Source of the DNA: Candidatus Thorarchaeota archaeon
GTDB lineage: Archaea > Asgardarchaeota > Thorarchaeia > Thorarchaeales > Thorarchaeaceae
Assembly (NCBI GenBank): GCA_963726195.1
Contig: CAVSBO010000016.1
Location: 128,001 to 192,000 of the forward strand
DNA: 64,000 nt
Direction: 5' to 3'
In this document: piece by piece, positions 1-10,455 of the stretch
How the letters are laid out: every line of letters starts with the position of its first letter
Numbering within the stretch: position 1 is the first letter of the stretch
Translations under genes and position numbers: made by a program
Notes under the pieces: model-generated
Databases searched by the model: none
What the model was told of the DNA's origin: nothing
Seen by the model: the letters and a program-made list of their open reading frames with translations, nothing else

Positions 1-1305
1 ATCTTGCCCTTGTCCAACGCATCCTCGAGGGCACCAAGAGTCTCTGCTTCGACTATTAGGTTCTCGAACCTCGACTCGGCATCGGCTCTAAGAACATGAT
101 CATAATCCGCACCCACTGCCTGAACCTTCTTCGCGAGTCCAACAAGTGCAGCAGTTTCTCGTTTCATCAAATCTCTTCTGAAAACCACTACCTTCTCTTG
201 TTTCACTTCGCGTTGGCCGACCTCAACTCTGACCGGCACACCTTTCATTTCCCAGTAGTTATATTTCCAGCCCGGCGTTGCGTCCCGACTGTCAAGATAC
301 ACTCTGATACCTGCATCGCGAAGTGTGTTTTCGATTTTCTGACAGTAGCCGGTCACATCGTCGGTGCTCTTGCCCTTAAGTATGGGGATAATCACAACCT
401 GGTAAGGTGCGAGCTTGAAAGGCAGTCTGAGACCGTTGTCATCTCCATGGACTGATATCAGAGCACCATAGATTCTGGAGATGGCTGGCCCGTAGCAGGT
501 CTGGAACGCGTACACTGTTTCGTTGTCCTCGTTGACGTACTTGATGTCAAAGGCCTTAGCAAAGTTGTCACCGAGATCGTGAGTCGAAGGGAGTTGCAGC
601 ACTTTGCCATCTGGCATTAGTGTGTCGGCAGCATAGGTGTTGACGCCACCAGGGAACTTATCCCACTGCGTACGCCTGAACACCATTGTTGGAATGCCAA
701 ACGCTTCCGTGACAACTTCCTTAGTGGTCTCGAGATCTTCCCTTACCTGTGCTTTTGCCTCCTCGTGAGTGGCAAACACATTGTGGCTCTCAATCCAAAG
801 GAACTCCCGGCCCCTAAGAAAAGGCCTCGTGCTCTTTACTTCAGACCTGAACACTGTGCAGCGCTGGTATCTCTTCAGTGGCAGGTCACGCCAGCTTCGG
901 ACCCAGAGTGAGTACATCGGATAAATCGCGGTTTCGCTCGTAGGCCTGAGAGCCAAGCGTTCCTCTAAGCTTCTCGCCTTCACCGAACTCACTTATCCAG
1001 AAGACTTGGGGAGTGAAACCTTGCACGTGGTGCGATTCTCTGGACAGGCTGCTTTCTGGGATTACAGTTGGGAACAGCATGGGAAGATGCCCTTTTCTTT
1101 GGAGGACTCCTTCAAGGATGTCGAACATGAGTTCCATGGTCATGACACTCCATGGCAGGAATGGTGTGAAGCCTTTCACACCGTACCTTATGTCAGCCAG
1201 TTCAGCAACCCTGCAAATCTCTCCGAACCAATCTGGAAAACTGTCCTTTTTGCTTATGTGAAAGATTGCCTCTTTTTCGCCCTGTGCAGCTTCCCCATCG
1301 GTCAT
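1..1305 (-). CDS. proS: Prolyl-tRNA synthetase (archaeal/eukaryotic type), frameshifted near 960 and truncated by the window start
   Basis: N-terminus FPDWFGEICRVAELADIRYGVKG; the alternate frame continues LALRPTSETAIYPMYSLWVRSWRDLPLKRYQ...VFRSE...TRPFLRGREFLWIE. Confidence 0.93.
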
Positions 1306-1467
1306 TGGTACTATCCTCTGGATTGATTGGTTGTGGAAGAACGTCTAGGATGAAGAAGTAGTCTGCTGTTAGTGCGGAACGCGCTCACCTAGCATGCTCG
1401 TTCACCATCGGAGGGTCGTCTGAATCTCGTATTTAAGCCAAACTGTTGGTAGTCTGGAAAGCGGGCT

Positions 1468-1989
1468 TCACCGTTTGATGGTCACTTCGCCGATTTCTCT
1501 GACCCGTTCATCGAGTTTCAGTTCCTTGATTATCTCAACCACGCCATCGGGCACAAGAGGTTCCCACTCGCCGCCCCATCTCATCAAATCGCGGATATGT
1601 CTGCCACTGTAAGTACTCCTCTCAAGCAGCCCCGTTTCATCCATTTGATATCCTGCATCCATCAGAAGTCTTCTCACAAGGGGATTGTGGCTGTACGCCT
1701 TGTCGACTCGTGGGATGAGTGACATTAGATGAGACACCCATAAGGGATGAATGCCGATGTCCGGCACAGGCACTATATCGATACGGTCGAGCGGGAGGCT
1801 TTCATCTATGATAGCACGCTTGAAGAACATCATTCTCTCACCCCCTGTGAAAGGGTTATCGGGAGTGTGAGAGTATTGCGCGCTGCCAATGGCAATTACA
1901 ACATCCTCTCCTCTGTCCAGTATCTGCCTTACAGTATGCATGTGACCATTGTGTACGGGCTGAAATCGCCCTACGAATAATGACCGCAT
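1468..1989 (-). CDS. nadM: Nicotinamide-nucleotide adenylyltransferase (NMNAT)
   Basis: GRFQPVHNGH (HxGH) motif, GSAQYSHTPDNPFTGGER. Confidence 0.95.
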   Translation of the reverse strand: MRSLFVGRFQPVHNGHMHTVRQILDRGEDVVIAIGSAQYSHTPDNPFTGGERMMFFKRAIIDESLPLDRIDIVPVPDIGIHPLWVSHLMSLIPRVDKAYSHNPLVRRLLMDAGYQMDETGLLERSTYSGRHIRDLMRWGGEWEPLVPDGVVEIIKELKLDERVREIGEVTIKR

Positions 1990-2151
1990 CCCAATCGTAT
2001 CTCGGTTTGACATGGACAGCAAATAAGCATTGGGCCGCTCCGAGGGCCAAGTCAGATGACCTAGTGTGGGCCCCTGTTAACTTCGCTGTCTGAATGGCAT
2101 ACCGAAGTTCTTAACCTCAAAACGCTCTCTCGAAATGGCGGTTCTCCGGAC

Positions 2152-3222
2152 ATGATGGATATTGACGGCTCATACGGCGAAGGTGGAGGGCAGATACTCC
2201 GTACCGCCGTGTCCTTGTCAGCACTTGCAATGCAACCAGTCCGGGTTGTCAAGATTCGTGCAGGCAGACCTCAACCGGGTCTGAAGAACCAACATATCGC
2301 GGCAGTCGAACTTACTGCAAAACTCGTGAAAGCGCGCGTAAGCGGTCTCAAAGTCGGCAGCACAGAGGTGCGGTTTGAACCCGTCGAAAGATGTGGCGGC
2401 GACTTCAGCTTTGATGTCGGTACAGCGGGGTCAATCTCGCTTGTTCTTCAGGCGGCGCTGCCTCCGGCAGTCCTATCAAGCGAGCCCGTCAGTTTTCACG
2501 TGACCGGAGGCACTGATGTCAGTTGGAGCCCGTCTATCGATTATATGCGAGAGATCTTTGTGAGGATACTCGGACGTATCGGGCTCGCAGTGAATCTGGT
2601 ACAAGAACGCCGAGGACACTATCCTGCAGGTGGTGGCAAGGTCTCCTGCATCGTCAGCACAAACAAGCAGATTCTTCCGCTAGATTTGGTCGACTTTGGA
2701 AGGCTGAGAGAGATTGGGGGCATATCACACTGCGTAAGATTGCCAGCTCATGTGGCTGACAGGCAGGCTGCTTCGGCAGAAGAGGCTCTTCGTGGTCAGC
2801 ACATTGAGAGTTTGCACATCACCCGGGAAAGCTATCCAAAGAACGCAGACCCTCATCTGGGCCCGGGTAGCGGTATTGTTCTCTGGGCGGAATCTGAAGG
2901 TGGAATGAGGTTAGGCTCTGATTCCTTGGGTGAGAGAGGCAAGAGCGCAGAGAAGGTAGGTTCGGAGGCTGCACAGGCCCTCCTTCACGAAATGGCCTCG
3001 GGAAAAGGCGTAGACTCACATCTCTGCGACATGCTTGTCCCTTACCTCGCCCTAGCCCCACGTGAGAGCCGAATCGGGGTTACAGAAATCACATCGCACC
3101 TGATGACAAACATCTGGGTGATTCAGCAGATTCTTGGCGTAGGGGTTGATGTTCAAGGAAAGATTGGGGAGCCCGGAATACTACGAATCCGAGGAGCTGG
3201 TCTGCCTCTGAGGGAGAGCTGA
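2152..3222 (+). CDS. rtcA: RNA 3'-terminal phosphate cyclase
   Basis: IDGSYGEGGGQILRTA, GGTDV, RRGHYPAGGG, D.HLCDML. Confidence 0.96.
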   Translation: MMDIDGSYGEGGGQILRTAVSLSALAMQPVRVVKIRAGRPQPGLKNQHIAAVELTAKLVKARVSGLKVGSTEVRFEPVERCGGDFSFDVGTAGSISLVLQAALPPAVLSSEPVSFHVTGGTDVSWSPSIDYMREIFVRILGRIGLAVNLVQERRGHYPAGGGKVSCIVSTNKQILPLDLVDFGRLREIGGISHCVRLPAHVADRQAASAEEALRGQHIESLHITRESYPKNADPHLGPGSGIVLWAESEGGMRLGSDSLGERGKSAEKVGSEAAQALLHEMASGKGVDSHLCDMLVPYLALAPRESRIGVTEITSHLMTNIWVIQQILGVGVDVQGKIGEPGILRIRGAGLPLRES

Positions 3223-3268
3223 GAGATACTTGCGCACTGACTCCTGCATCGATGTGAGGTCAACAGAA

Positions 3269-4258
3269 TCAACTGCTTCTCTCATTCAGCTCTTGAACGC
3301 CAACGCCTTCAGATGCTACTAGTTCGCGAGCCCCGGGAACCCTAGACCTTGCGGCTTCAAGTCTATCAAGTGGTGTGATGTCTACTTTGTTGAAGACTAC
3401 AATCATTGGGCTCACGGCAAACATTCTCCGGACTTCGGTGTAGAGATTGTATTGCTCATCAAATGGCCATCCGCAAGTCTCCGATGGGTCCATCATGAAT
3501 ATCACGACATTCGCAAGATACTTGAGAGCCGCAATCGCCTGCCTCTCAATTTGGTTTCTTTTGCTCATGGGACGGTCGAGAATACCCGGCGTATCAACGA
3601 CCTGAATGACATTATTGTCGACTGTCATGTGCCCAACTATCACTTCACGCGTGGTGAAGGGATAGTACGCAATCTCGGGCTCGGCAGTTGACACGGCCTT
3701 CACGAGAGTTGACTTCCCAACATTGGGAAAGCCAGCGCACACAATCGTGGGCGAGTTGGGATTAACACCCGGTAGGGAGGCCATGAGTTTCTTCGCTTCG
3801 ATAATCGTATCCAAGTTCTTGGATGTCTGTCTCAAAAGCGAAGAGACCCGCCCTTTCGCAGCGCTACGAAATCTCTTGATTTGTTCAGGCCCCGTGGCAC
3901 GCTTCATCGCCACGATTTCCGAGCCGACTATCTTATCTATCAATGCAATGCAGTTGAAAACCGCTCCGAGAGCCTGCTTCAGCCTGTCAATACCGATGAG
4001 TATCTCCGCTAGCTCAAGATAGAATGGGTGGAGCCGCTCCAGAGATGGAAAGGTTTCAACTGCTTCTCTCAGCTTGGCCTTTACTTGGGCAGAGAACTCC
4101 TGAGTCCTAGAAATCTCCCGAATCCGTGTCCTCTCAAGTTTCGGTATTTTAAGGGAACTCTTTACGTTCTTGCGAACCGATCTGTTATGTGCAAACTCGA
4201 TAATCTCCTCTGAAGTCATTATTCGAGGCATATCAACGAATGGATTCAACGATGGCAT
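3269..4258 (-). CDS. NOG1-family GTP-binding protein (C-terminus possibly frameshifted)
   Basis: GFPNVGKS, YPFTT, DTPGILDRP, NKVD; helical N-domain with LHPFY. Confidence 0.92.
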   Translation of the reverse strand: MPSLNPFVDMPRIMTSEEIIEFAHNRSVRKNVKSSLKIPKLERTRIREISRTQEFSAQVKAKLREAVETFPSLERLHPFYLELAEILIGIDRLKQALGAVFNCIALIDKIVGSEIVAMKRATGPEQIKRFRSAAKGRVSSLLRQTSKNLDTIIEAKKLMASLPGVNPNSPTIVCAGFPNVGKSTLVKAVSTAEPEIAYYPFTTREVIVGHMTVDNNVIQVVDTPGILDRPMSKRNQIERQAIAALKYLANVVIFMMDPSETCGWPFDEQYNLYTEVRRMFAVSPMIVVFNKVDITPLDRLEAARSRVPGARELVASEGVGVQELNERSS

Positions 4259-4376
4259 CTCAAGACCGCTTCCAGAGGACTTATCAACAGAGCTGATTGA
4301 ACAAGTCAAAACGTTTTAAAAAGACCGCAACTGACCCTTTTGTTGTATCAGAATCCCGAAAGGAGAGCACACGACC

Positions 4377-4964
4377 ATGTCAATTCCAACCGGAGCAACC
4401 GTCGTCGGCATCAAGTGCAGCGACGGAGCAGTAGTGGCGACTGACTCACTGATAACTTGGGGCACATTCGTTTTGAGCGAAAAGGGCATCAAAGCATACA
4501 AGCTGACTGACACGATTGTCTTTGCATCCGCCGGTTTGACTTCTGATTACCAGATGCTCGTCAAGAGGCTTCAGGCACAGATTAAGCTGTATGAGCTCAG
4601 CGAGAAGAAACAGATCAGTGTGAAGGCGCTATCCAAGATGGTCGCAAACATCCTTTACGCGAGAAAGCTGGATCCTATGTATGTTCAACCCGTGATAGTA
4701 GGCATTGACAAGACCGGGCCAGTCCTCTACACACTGGACATGGGAGGGTCGCTTATTCCCGATGACTACACTGCTGCAGGCTCGGGGATGCAGACAGCAT
4801 ACGGTGTCCTTGAAAGAGAATACAAGCCCAATCTCACTGTGAAGGAAGCGGAAGATATAGCTATTCGTTCAGTCAAGGCAGCAATTGCTCGTGATGTTCA
4901 GTCCGGCGGAGAGATTCGAGTAATGTCTGTTACCGAGAAGGGCGTCGAAGAGAGAGCCGCCTAG
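4377..4964 (+). CDS. psmB: Proteasome beta subunit
   Basis: TGATVVGIKCSDGAVVATDS, AAGSG, RDVQSGG. Confidence 0.95.
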   Translation: MSIPTGATVVGIKCSDGAVVATDSLITWGTFVLSEKGIKAYKLTDTIVFASAGLTSDYQMLVKRLQAQIKLYELSEKKQISVKALSKMVANILYARKLDPMYVQPVIVGIDKTGPVLYTLDMGGSLIPDDYTAAGSGMQTAYGVLEREYKPNLTVKEAEDIAIRSVKAAIARDVQSGGEIRVMSVTEKGVEERAA

Positions 4965-4967
4965 ACA

Positions 4968-6248
4968 GTGCGTGTGCAATTTGTGAACAGGAATACACTC
5001 ATCTTCCGGTTTTACCAGCAGTCGCGTTATAGTGCGGCAGCCCTGCTCGGTGCTGTCGAAACGGACCTGAGATTAGCCTCCTTGAATGTACTCGTGCCGT
5101 CGAATTCTCCAGAGGACGCCATAAGAGCTTCATTGGAACAGGGACCGGTAACTATAGCGTACTCGGTCATGTCCTCGCAAGCGGCGAGGATTATTGAAGA
5201 GGTCAGAAGCATCAGGAGTAAGCATGGGGATGCAGTGACTCTGATAGCCGGTGGACCCCATGCCAGTGCAAGGCCTTGGGAGCTATTGGACGCCGGGTTT
5301 GACCATGTCGTGATAGGCGAGGGTGAGAAAACTTTTCCCGAAATCCTGTATCGACTAATGAACGGACTTGATGTCGCTGGAATCGAAGGCGTAGTATCAG
5401 AACACATGGAGATCTACCCCAGACCACATGATCTCCCAAGACTTACTCTCGATGAGTATCCACCTTTCGCAGTTGGTTTGAATATTGTGGGGCCAATAGA
5501 AGTCACACGAGGCTGTCCATTTGGCTGCAGGTTTTGCTGTACACCCTTCCTTGCTGGTACCGTCGTCAGACACAGATCTGTGGATTCGGTTGTACGATGG
5601 TTGAGTCTAGCAGTAGAAAAGAGACATTTCAAGAGGACTTGGTTCCTGTCTCCAAACGCACTCTCTTATGGTGGCCATGGAACAACTGCCGAACCCGAAC
5701 AACTGGAGAGCCTCCTTAATAGGACCACATCAGTGGACGGAATTGAAGGGGTATACTTTGGCTCTTTTCCGTCAGAGGTAAGACCTGAGTTTGTGAATCA
5801 GGGAATCCTAGAGATTCTGCGGCATTATACGGCAAACGAGACACTTCAGATTGGGCTACAGTCGGGCAGTGATAATGTACTGAAGAATGCCAACAGACGG
5901 CACACGGTTCAGCAAGGGTTGGACGCTGTCAGAATGGCTCTGGACTGTGGTTTCATTCCTCACGTGGACATGATCTTCGGCCTGCCAGGAGAAGAAGAGA
6001 ACGACCTCAAGGCCAGTCTCAATGTATGCGATGAAATGACAGACATGGGTGTGAAGATACATGCTCACGTATTCATGCCACTTCCCGGAAGCCCCTTTGA
6101 ACAAATGCCGCCAGGTCGTCTCGATGAAGAGACTCGCAAGTACTTGGGCAATCTTGCGAGACGCGGATTACTGACAGGGTCTTGGGGTGATCAAGAACAG
6201 ATTGGAAGAAGACTAGCTTCAGACTCCTCAAATCTTGGTTCAGGTTAG
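4968..6248 (+). CDS. B12-binding domain / radical SAM protein
   Basis: GGPHAS, GEGE, TRGCPFGCRFC (CxxxCxxC). Confidence 0.9.
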   Translation: MRVQFVNRNTLIFRFYQQSRYSAAALLGAVETDLRLASLNVLVPSNSPEDAIRASLEQGPVTIAYSVMSSQAARIIEEVRSIRSKHGDAVTLIAGGPHASARPWELLDAGFDHVVIGEGEKTFPEILYRLMNGLDVAGIEGVVSEHMEIYPRPHDLPRLTLDEYPPFAVGLNIVGPIEVTRGCPFGCRFCCTPFLAGTVVRHRSVDSVVRWLSLAVEKRHFKRTWFLSPNALSYGGHGTTAEPEQLESLLNRTTSVDGIEGVYFGSFPSEVRPEFVNQGILEILRHYTANETLQIGLQSGSDNVLKNANRRHTVQQGLDAVRMALDCGFIPHVDMIFGLPGEEENDLKASLNVCDEMTDMGVKIHAHVFMPLPGSPFEQMPPGRLDEETRKYLGNLARRGLLTGSWGDQEQIGRRLASDSSNLGSG

Positions 6249-6336
6249 CCTATCAGGGGTCTCATCGCTTTCCAACAGCATGACTCGCTTGGCCAAAACC
6301 TGATAAGATGTAAACGCCCGAGGGTCGCGAAGTAAC

Positions 6337-7305
6337 GTGAACACGGAGATGCTTCCTAAGCTCAGAGAGAAGCTCGCACGCCAGGGTTATGATATTCTGG
6401 GCGAGAGAGGAGCCTTCAAGGCGTGCCAGTGGCAGAAGAAGAGCCTACTACTGGGCGATGTGTGCTACAAACAACGATTCTATGGTATCGAGTCTCACAG
6501 GTGTATTCAGATTACGCCTCTCGTAGACAAGTGTAATCAGGAATGCCAGTTCTGTTGGCGGGTGACTCCATCTGATATCGGTGATAGCTGGAATCAGACT
6601 CATGTGTCTGAGTCCGAAGTCCTAGAGCCGAAGCAACTCCTCGATGCTGCCATCATGGCCAACCTTCGTTCGCTCGGAGGATTCAATCCAGAGATAGTGA
6701 ACGGCGTTTCAGAACAGAAATATCAAGAAGCTCGTGAACCAAGGCATGTGGCCATATCTCTGGCGGGTGAACCAACTCTATATCCAATGATCAGCGGTCT
6801 GATTGACGAAATCAAACGGAGGAGAATGACCTCGTTCTTGGTGACGAACGGTACGCGTCCCGAAGTCCTGAACAGGACTTCGCTTCCTACACAGCTTTAT
6901 GTCACACTGGCCGCTCCGGACGAGGAGACCTATAGAACTCTATGCAGACCGAAGGATCCTGATGGTTGGATGCGGCTGAAAGAAACACAGGTACTACTGT
7001 CGTCGCTCAAGTGTAGGCGAGTCAACAGACTCACGATGGTGGCAGGCCGAAACATGCACGATGTTAGGTCGTATGCAAGACTGATTTTGAAAGGCGAGCC
7101 AGACTACGTTGAAGTAAAGGGCTACATGTTTCTGGGTGCGTCAAGACATAGACTTGGCGTGGGCAATGCACCTTCACACCGGGACATACGGGCTTTTGCC
7201 GAAAAACTGTCTTCAATCACAGGGTACTACATTCTGGATGAGCAAGTTGAAAGCAGAGTCGTTCTCTTATCACGTGAGCCACAGATAGAAAGGATAAACG
7301 TATAG
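6337..7305 (+). CDS. taw1: 4-demethylwyosine synthase Tyw1/Taw1 (radical SAM)
   Basis: CYKQRFYGIESHRC, CNQECQFCWR, HVAISLAGEPT, YVEVKGYM. Confidence 0.95.
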   Translation: MNTEMLPKLREKLARQGYDILGERGAFKACQWQKKSLLLGDVCYKQRFYGIESHRCIQITPLVDKCNQECQFCWRVTPSDIGDSWNQTHVSESEVLEPKQLLDAAIMANLRSLGGFNPEIVNGVSEQKYQEAREPRHVAISLAGEPTLYPMISGLIDEIKRRRMTSFLVTNGTRPEVLNRTSLPTQLYVTLAAPDEETYRTLCRPKDPDGWMRLKETQVLLSSLKCRRVNRLTMVAGRNMHDVRSYARLILKGEPDYVEVKGYMFLGASRHRLGVGNAPSHRDIRAFAEKLSSITGYYILDEQVESRVVLLSREPQIERINV

Positions 7306-7318
7306 TGAGGATACCAAG

Positions 7319-7960
7319 ATGGAACTGGAGAGCATTCTCGGGCCCATAAAGGCAGAAATAGACGCTGACGACACCATCCGTGAAAAAGCCTTGCCCCTTG
7401 CGAGGGAGGCTGTGAGGATATGTGGAGAGACAATAAAGCGAGCACATCGAAGTGAGTTTGCAGAAGCATCAAAACTGCTAGAAGAGTCTCGGAATCTCCT
7501 AAGCAAGGCCGCGGATGAAATATCACATAGTGAATTCATGTTGAGCTCAAGAGTGTTGGACGCAGCGTACCAGGAAATTGCGGAAGCAGCCAACGTTGTT
7601 TCTCTGCTCAGTGGCGGCTCATTTATCCCGCCAGATCAGATTGGGGTTCCGTCCAGGTCCTACCTCACGGGCCTCGCCGACGCAATTGGCGAACTTAGAC
7701 GCGCCGTACTTGACTGCTTGCGTGCGGATGATACAGCCCGCGCTGAGCGATTTCTTAGCCTAATGGAAGAAACATTGGAAGGCCTTCTCGGGTTCGACTT
7801 TCCCAACGCTTTGGTCCCCGATCTCAGGAGAAAGTGCGATGTAGCAAGGTCTTTGGTAGAACGCACTCGGGGAGACCTCACTGCAGGAGTGCAACAGATG
7901 AAGCTGGTTCAGGAGCTGAGGAAATTCGAGGAGCACATCAAGGATGTTCGCAAACGGTGA
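7319..7960 (+). CDS. Translin/TRAX (C3PO)-family protein
   Basis: AYQEIAEA, YLTGLADAIGELRR, LRRKCDVARSLVERT. Confidence 0.9.
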   Translation: MELESILGPIKAEIDADDTIREKALPLAREAVRICGETIKRAHRSEFAEASKLLEESRNLLSKAADEISHSEFMLSSRVLDAAYQEIAEAANVVSLLSGGSFIPPDQIGVPSRSYLTGLADAIGELRRAVLDCLRADDTARAERFLSLMEETLEGLLGFDFPNALVPDLRRKCDVARSLVERTRGDLTAGVQQMKLVQELRKFEEHIKDVRKR

Positions 7961-8612
7961 ACTGGCTCAGACACTGGCAGAGACTGCAATCCAACAGGAG
8001 ATCTTAGCTAGGAGAGTCGTCATGCACGATGACCCTCCATTTAGCGGGAAATTCATCACGGGTGTGGATGCCGCCTACACTTCGACCGAGGCCGTGGGTT
8101 GTGCCGTGGTCATGGATTTGGCCACACGTCAAACGACCCAAGTTAGAAAGGTGATAAGACCCTGTACTGCGCCCTACGTGCCCGGGTTCTTTCAGCTCCG
8201 CGAGGGACCCGTGGTAGAAGATGTCCTGAAAACAATCGATTGTGACGGGCCCATTCTGATCGATGGTAACGGGATTCTGCATCCGCGCAGACTGGGCTTG
8301 GCTTCATACGTGGGTGTAAGAGCGAACAAACAGACAATCGGCGTTGCGAAGGGGCTCTTGGTCGGGCAAATGGGGTCCCGGCACGGTGATACCGCACAGA
8401 TAGTTTATTCGGGAGAGACTGTCGGTTCGGCTCTTTGGTTAGGAAGTGGGAAGAGACCGGTATTTGTGTCAGTGGGACATAGAGTTGCTCTTGAGACTGC
8501 ATTGAGCATTGTTAGAGCCTGCTCGTTCTCTGGTTTTCCCGAACCGCTTCTTAGAGCTCACAAGATTGCAGAATCACTGACAAAGGATACGGAAAGAGGA
8601 ACGGCAAAGTGA
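7944..8612 (+). CDS. nfi: Endonuclease V
   Basis: GVDAAY, PYVPGF..LRE, IDGNGILHPRRLGLAS, TIGVAK, PVFVSVGH, PEPL. Confidence 0.95.
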   Translation: MFANGELAQTLAETAIQQEILARRVVMHDDPPFSGKFITGVDAAYTSTEAVGCAVVMDLATRQTTQVRKVIRPCTAPYVPGFFQLREGPVVEDVLKTIDCDGPILIDGNGILHPRRLGLASYVGVRANKQTIGVAKGLLVGQMGSRHGDTAQIVYSGETVGSALWLGSGKRPVFVSVGHRVALETALSIVRACSFSGFPEPLLRAHKIAESLTKDTERGTAK

Positions 8613-9290
8613 TAGATCCTGAGACATGGTTTACTCTGTACGCTCTGGCTCGAACAGGGGCCATGCACCAAAGGAGACTGCTTACGACCCGTCAGCTCGG
8701 TCAGCTCTTGGGCGTGAGCCAACAAACAGCGTCGCGACGAGTCACGCACTGCGTTGACATGGGATATCTGAGTAGAATACACACAGCTAATGGTATCACA
8801 GTGCAGCTGAACTGAGAAAGGTCGTAATGAGCTCTTGCAGGTGTTCAACGGCTTGGAGGTGGCCATCACCCCCACCGTCGAAGAGATCATAATTCAGGGC
8901 CAAGTTATGGATGGCTTGGGTGAAGGGGCCTACTACGTTGATGTCTACTCTTCACGCTTCAAGGAGGCATTGGGCTTCAGCCCATTTTCCGGAACTCTGA
9001 ACGTGAGAGTCTCAGACGAGGAATCACGGAAGGCAGTTGGAAGAATGAAGGACAGCCCACCCTTGGTTGTCAAGGGCTTCAATCTTGATGGCAGAACCTT
9101 CGGAGATGTCATCTGCTATAGAGTCAAAATCAACGAAAAGGCGGAGGGCGCGATTGTCATTGCGCAGAGGACGCACCATAGCCAAGATACGTTGGAGGTA
9201 ATCTCTCCGGTCAATCTGAGAAAGAAACTGAACTTGGGCTCGAATGATACCATAGTTCTCAGATTCGTTCCTCTACATCTGGCAACCTAG
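8609..9290 (+). CDS. ribK: HTH-fused CTP-dependent riboflavin kinase (RbkR), split by one frameshift near 8812
   Basis: N-terminal wHTH (LGVSQQTASRR) plus kinase GLGEGAYYV, PFSGTLNV, RTHH, LEVISP.NLR. Confidence 0.9.
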
Positions 9291-9292
9291 AC

Positions 9293-9970
9293 TTAGTATC
9301 CATACTCGCCTGTTAGAGGTACGAATGCGACGCCACCCCAGCTCTTGGTACTGATTTTCCCATCTGCGGTTTTCTTGAAAACCATCAACTCCTGATAGAA
9401 ACCACGCCCGCCAACGGGAACAAGCATAGTACCGTTCTTGGCAAGCTGTTCAAAGAGTGGTGGCGGCACAGATGGCGCAGCCGCTGTCACAAGGATACGG
9501 TCGAAGGGTGCCTGTTCTGGTAGGCCCCTTCCGCCATCACCGTGTGTCAGAGTGACCTTGCTACCATACCCCGTTCGTTCCAAGTTGGACCGTGCGAAAC
9601 CGATGAGGTCATCGACAATCTCGATTGTGTGGATATGGCCGACACTCCGAATACCTTCAGGGGCAACAATCTCTGCACAAAGGGCAGCATGATATCCGGA
9701 CCCTGCCCCCACCTCCAGCACCTTCATTCCCGACTCTAACTCCATTACCTCGCACATGATTACGCACATATGAGGTGCAGAAATCGTCTGTCCACAAAGA
9801 ATCGGAAGTGGAGTGTCAGAGTATGCCTCACTCCGCATCTCGGGCAGAACGAATTCCTCCCGAGGAACCTTCCTAAATGCACGCTCTACCTTCTCACTTC
9901 TAAGGTACCCGCTCATCTTCAACCGTTGGACAAGCCTTTCCTTCTCAGTATTCAGTCGGTCCGCGGGCAT
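9293..9970 (-). CDS. pcm: Protein-L-isoaspartate O-methyltransferase
   Basis: GQTISAPHM, VLEVGAGSGY, APFDRILVTAA, VAFVPL. Confidence 0.96.
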   Translation of the reverse strand: MPADRLNTEKERLVQRLKMSGYLRSEKVERAFRKVPREEFVLPEMRSEAYSDTPLPILCGQTISAPHMCVIMCEVMELESGMKVLEVGAGSGYHAALCAEIVAPEGIRSVGHIHTIEIVDDLIGFARSNLERTGYGSKVTLTHGDGGRGLPEQAPFDRILVTAAAPSVPPPLFEQLAKNGTMLVPVGGRGFYQELMVFKKTADGKISTKSWGGVAFVPLTGEYGY

Positions 9971-10029
9971 ATGAACCGGTATGCGGTGTTATGTGCAATG
10001 ATAAAAGCCTTGAGAACACAAGAAAGGCC

Positions 10030-10455
10030 ATGCGGAGCGTTCGCTTTCGTGCAGCCGGACACGAGAACATCGTTGGCAAGCACGAAACTACCCTAGAGAT
10101 AACGAGGGAAAGCGACCTAACCAAACGAGGAACATGTGTAATCGGAGTCCGTGCAAGCCAAGCTCTCAGAGACTTGGACGATGAGATAAAAGATCTGGCG
10201 AGAAAAAGGGAGACCCGCATCTGCCTCAAGATGACTATTCACGGTCAGGTTGAGGAAGTGGAGGGCCGAGGTGACCCTGGACTCACATACACGGACAAGA
10301 CGAGTATGGTCGTGCGGAAAAGCGCGTACCTGTGCGGGCGCACAGTCTTCGTGAATGCTGACAAGGCGGCCTCAGATTTGGACCGCGACTTCGTACAGAA
10401 ACTCAGAGACTCCAGCGCTATACTTGAGTGCGAACTTCTCTATTTCAACGAATGA
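10030..10455 (+). CDS. DUF371 domain protein
   Basis: GHENIVGKHETTLEIT, LTKRGTCVIGV, ADKAA.DL. Confidence 0.88.
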   Translation: MRSVRFRAAGHENIVGKHETTLEITRESDLTKRGTCVIGVRASQALRDLDDEIKDLARKRETRICLKMTIHGQVEEVEGRGDPGLTYTDKTSMVVRKSAYLCGRTVFVNADKAASDLDRDFVQKLRDSSAILECELLYFNE

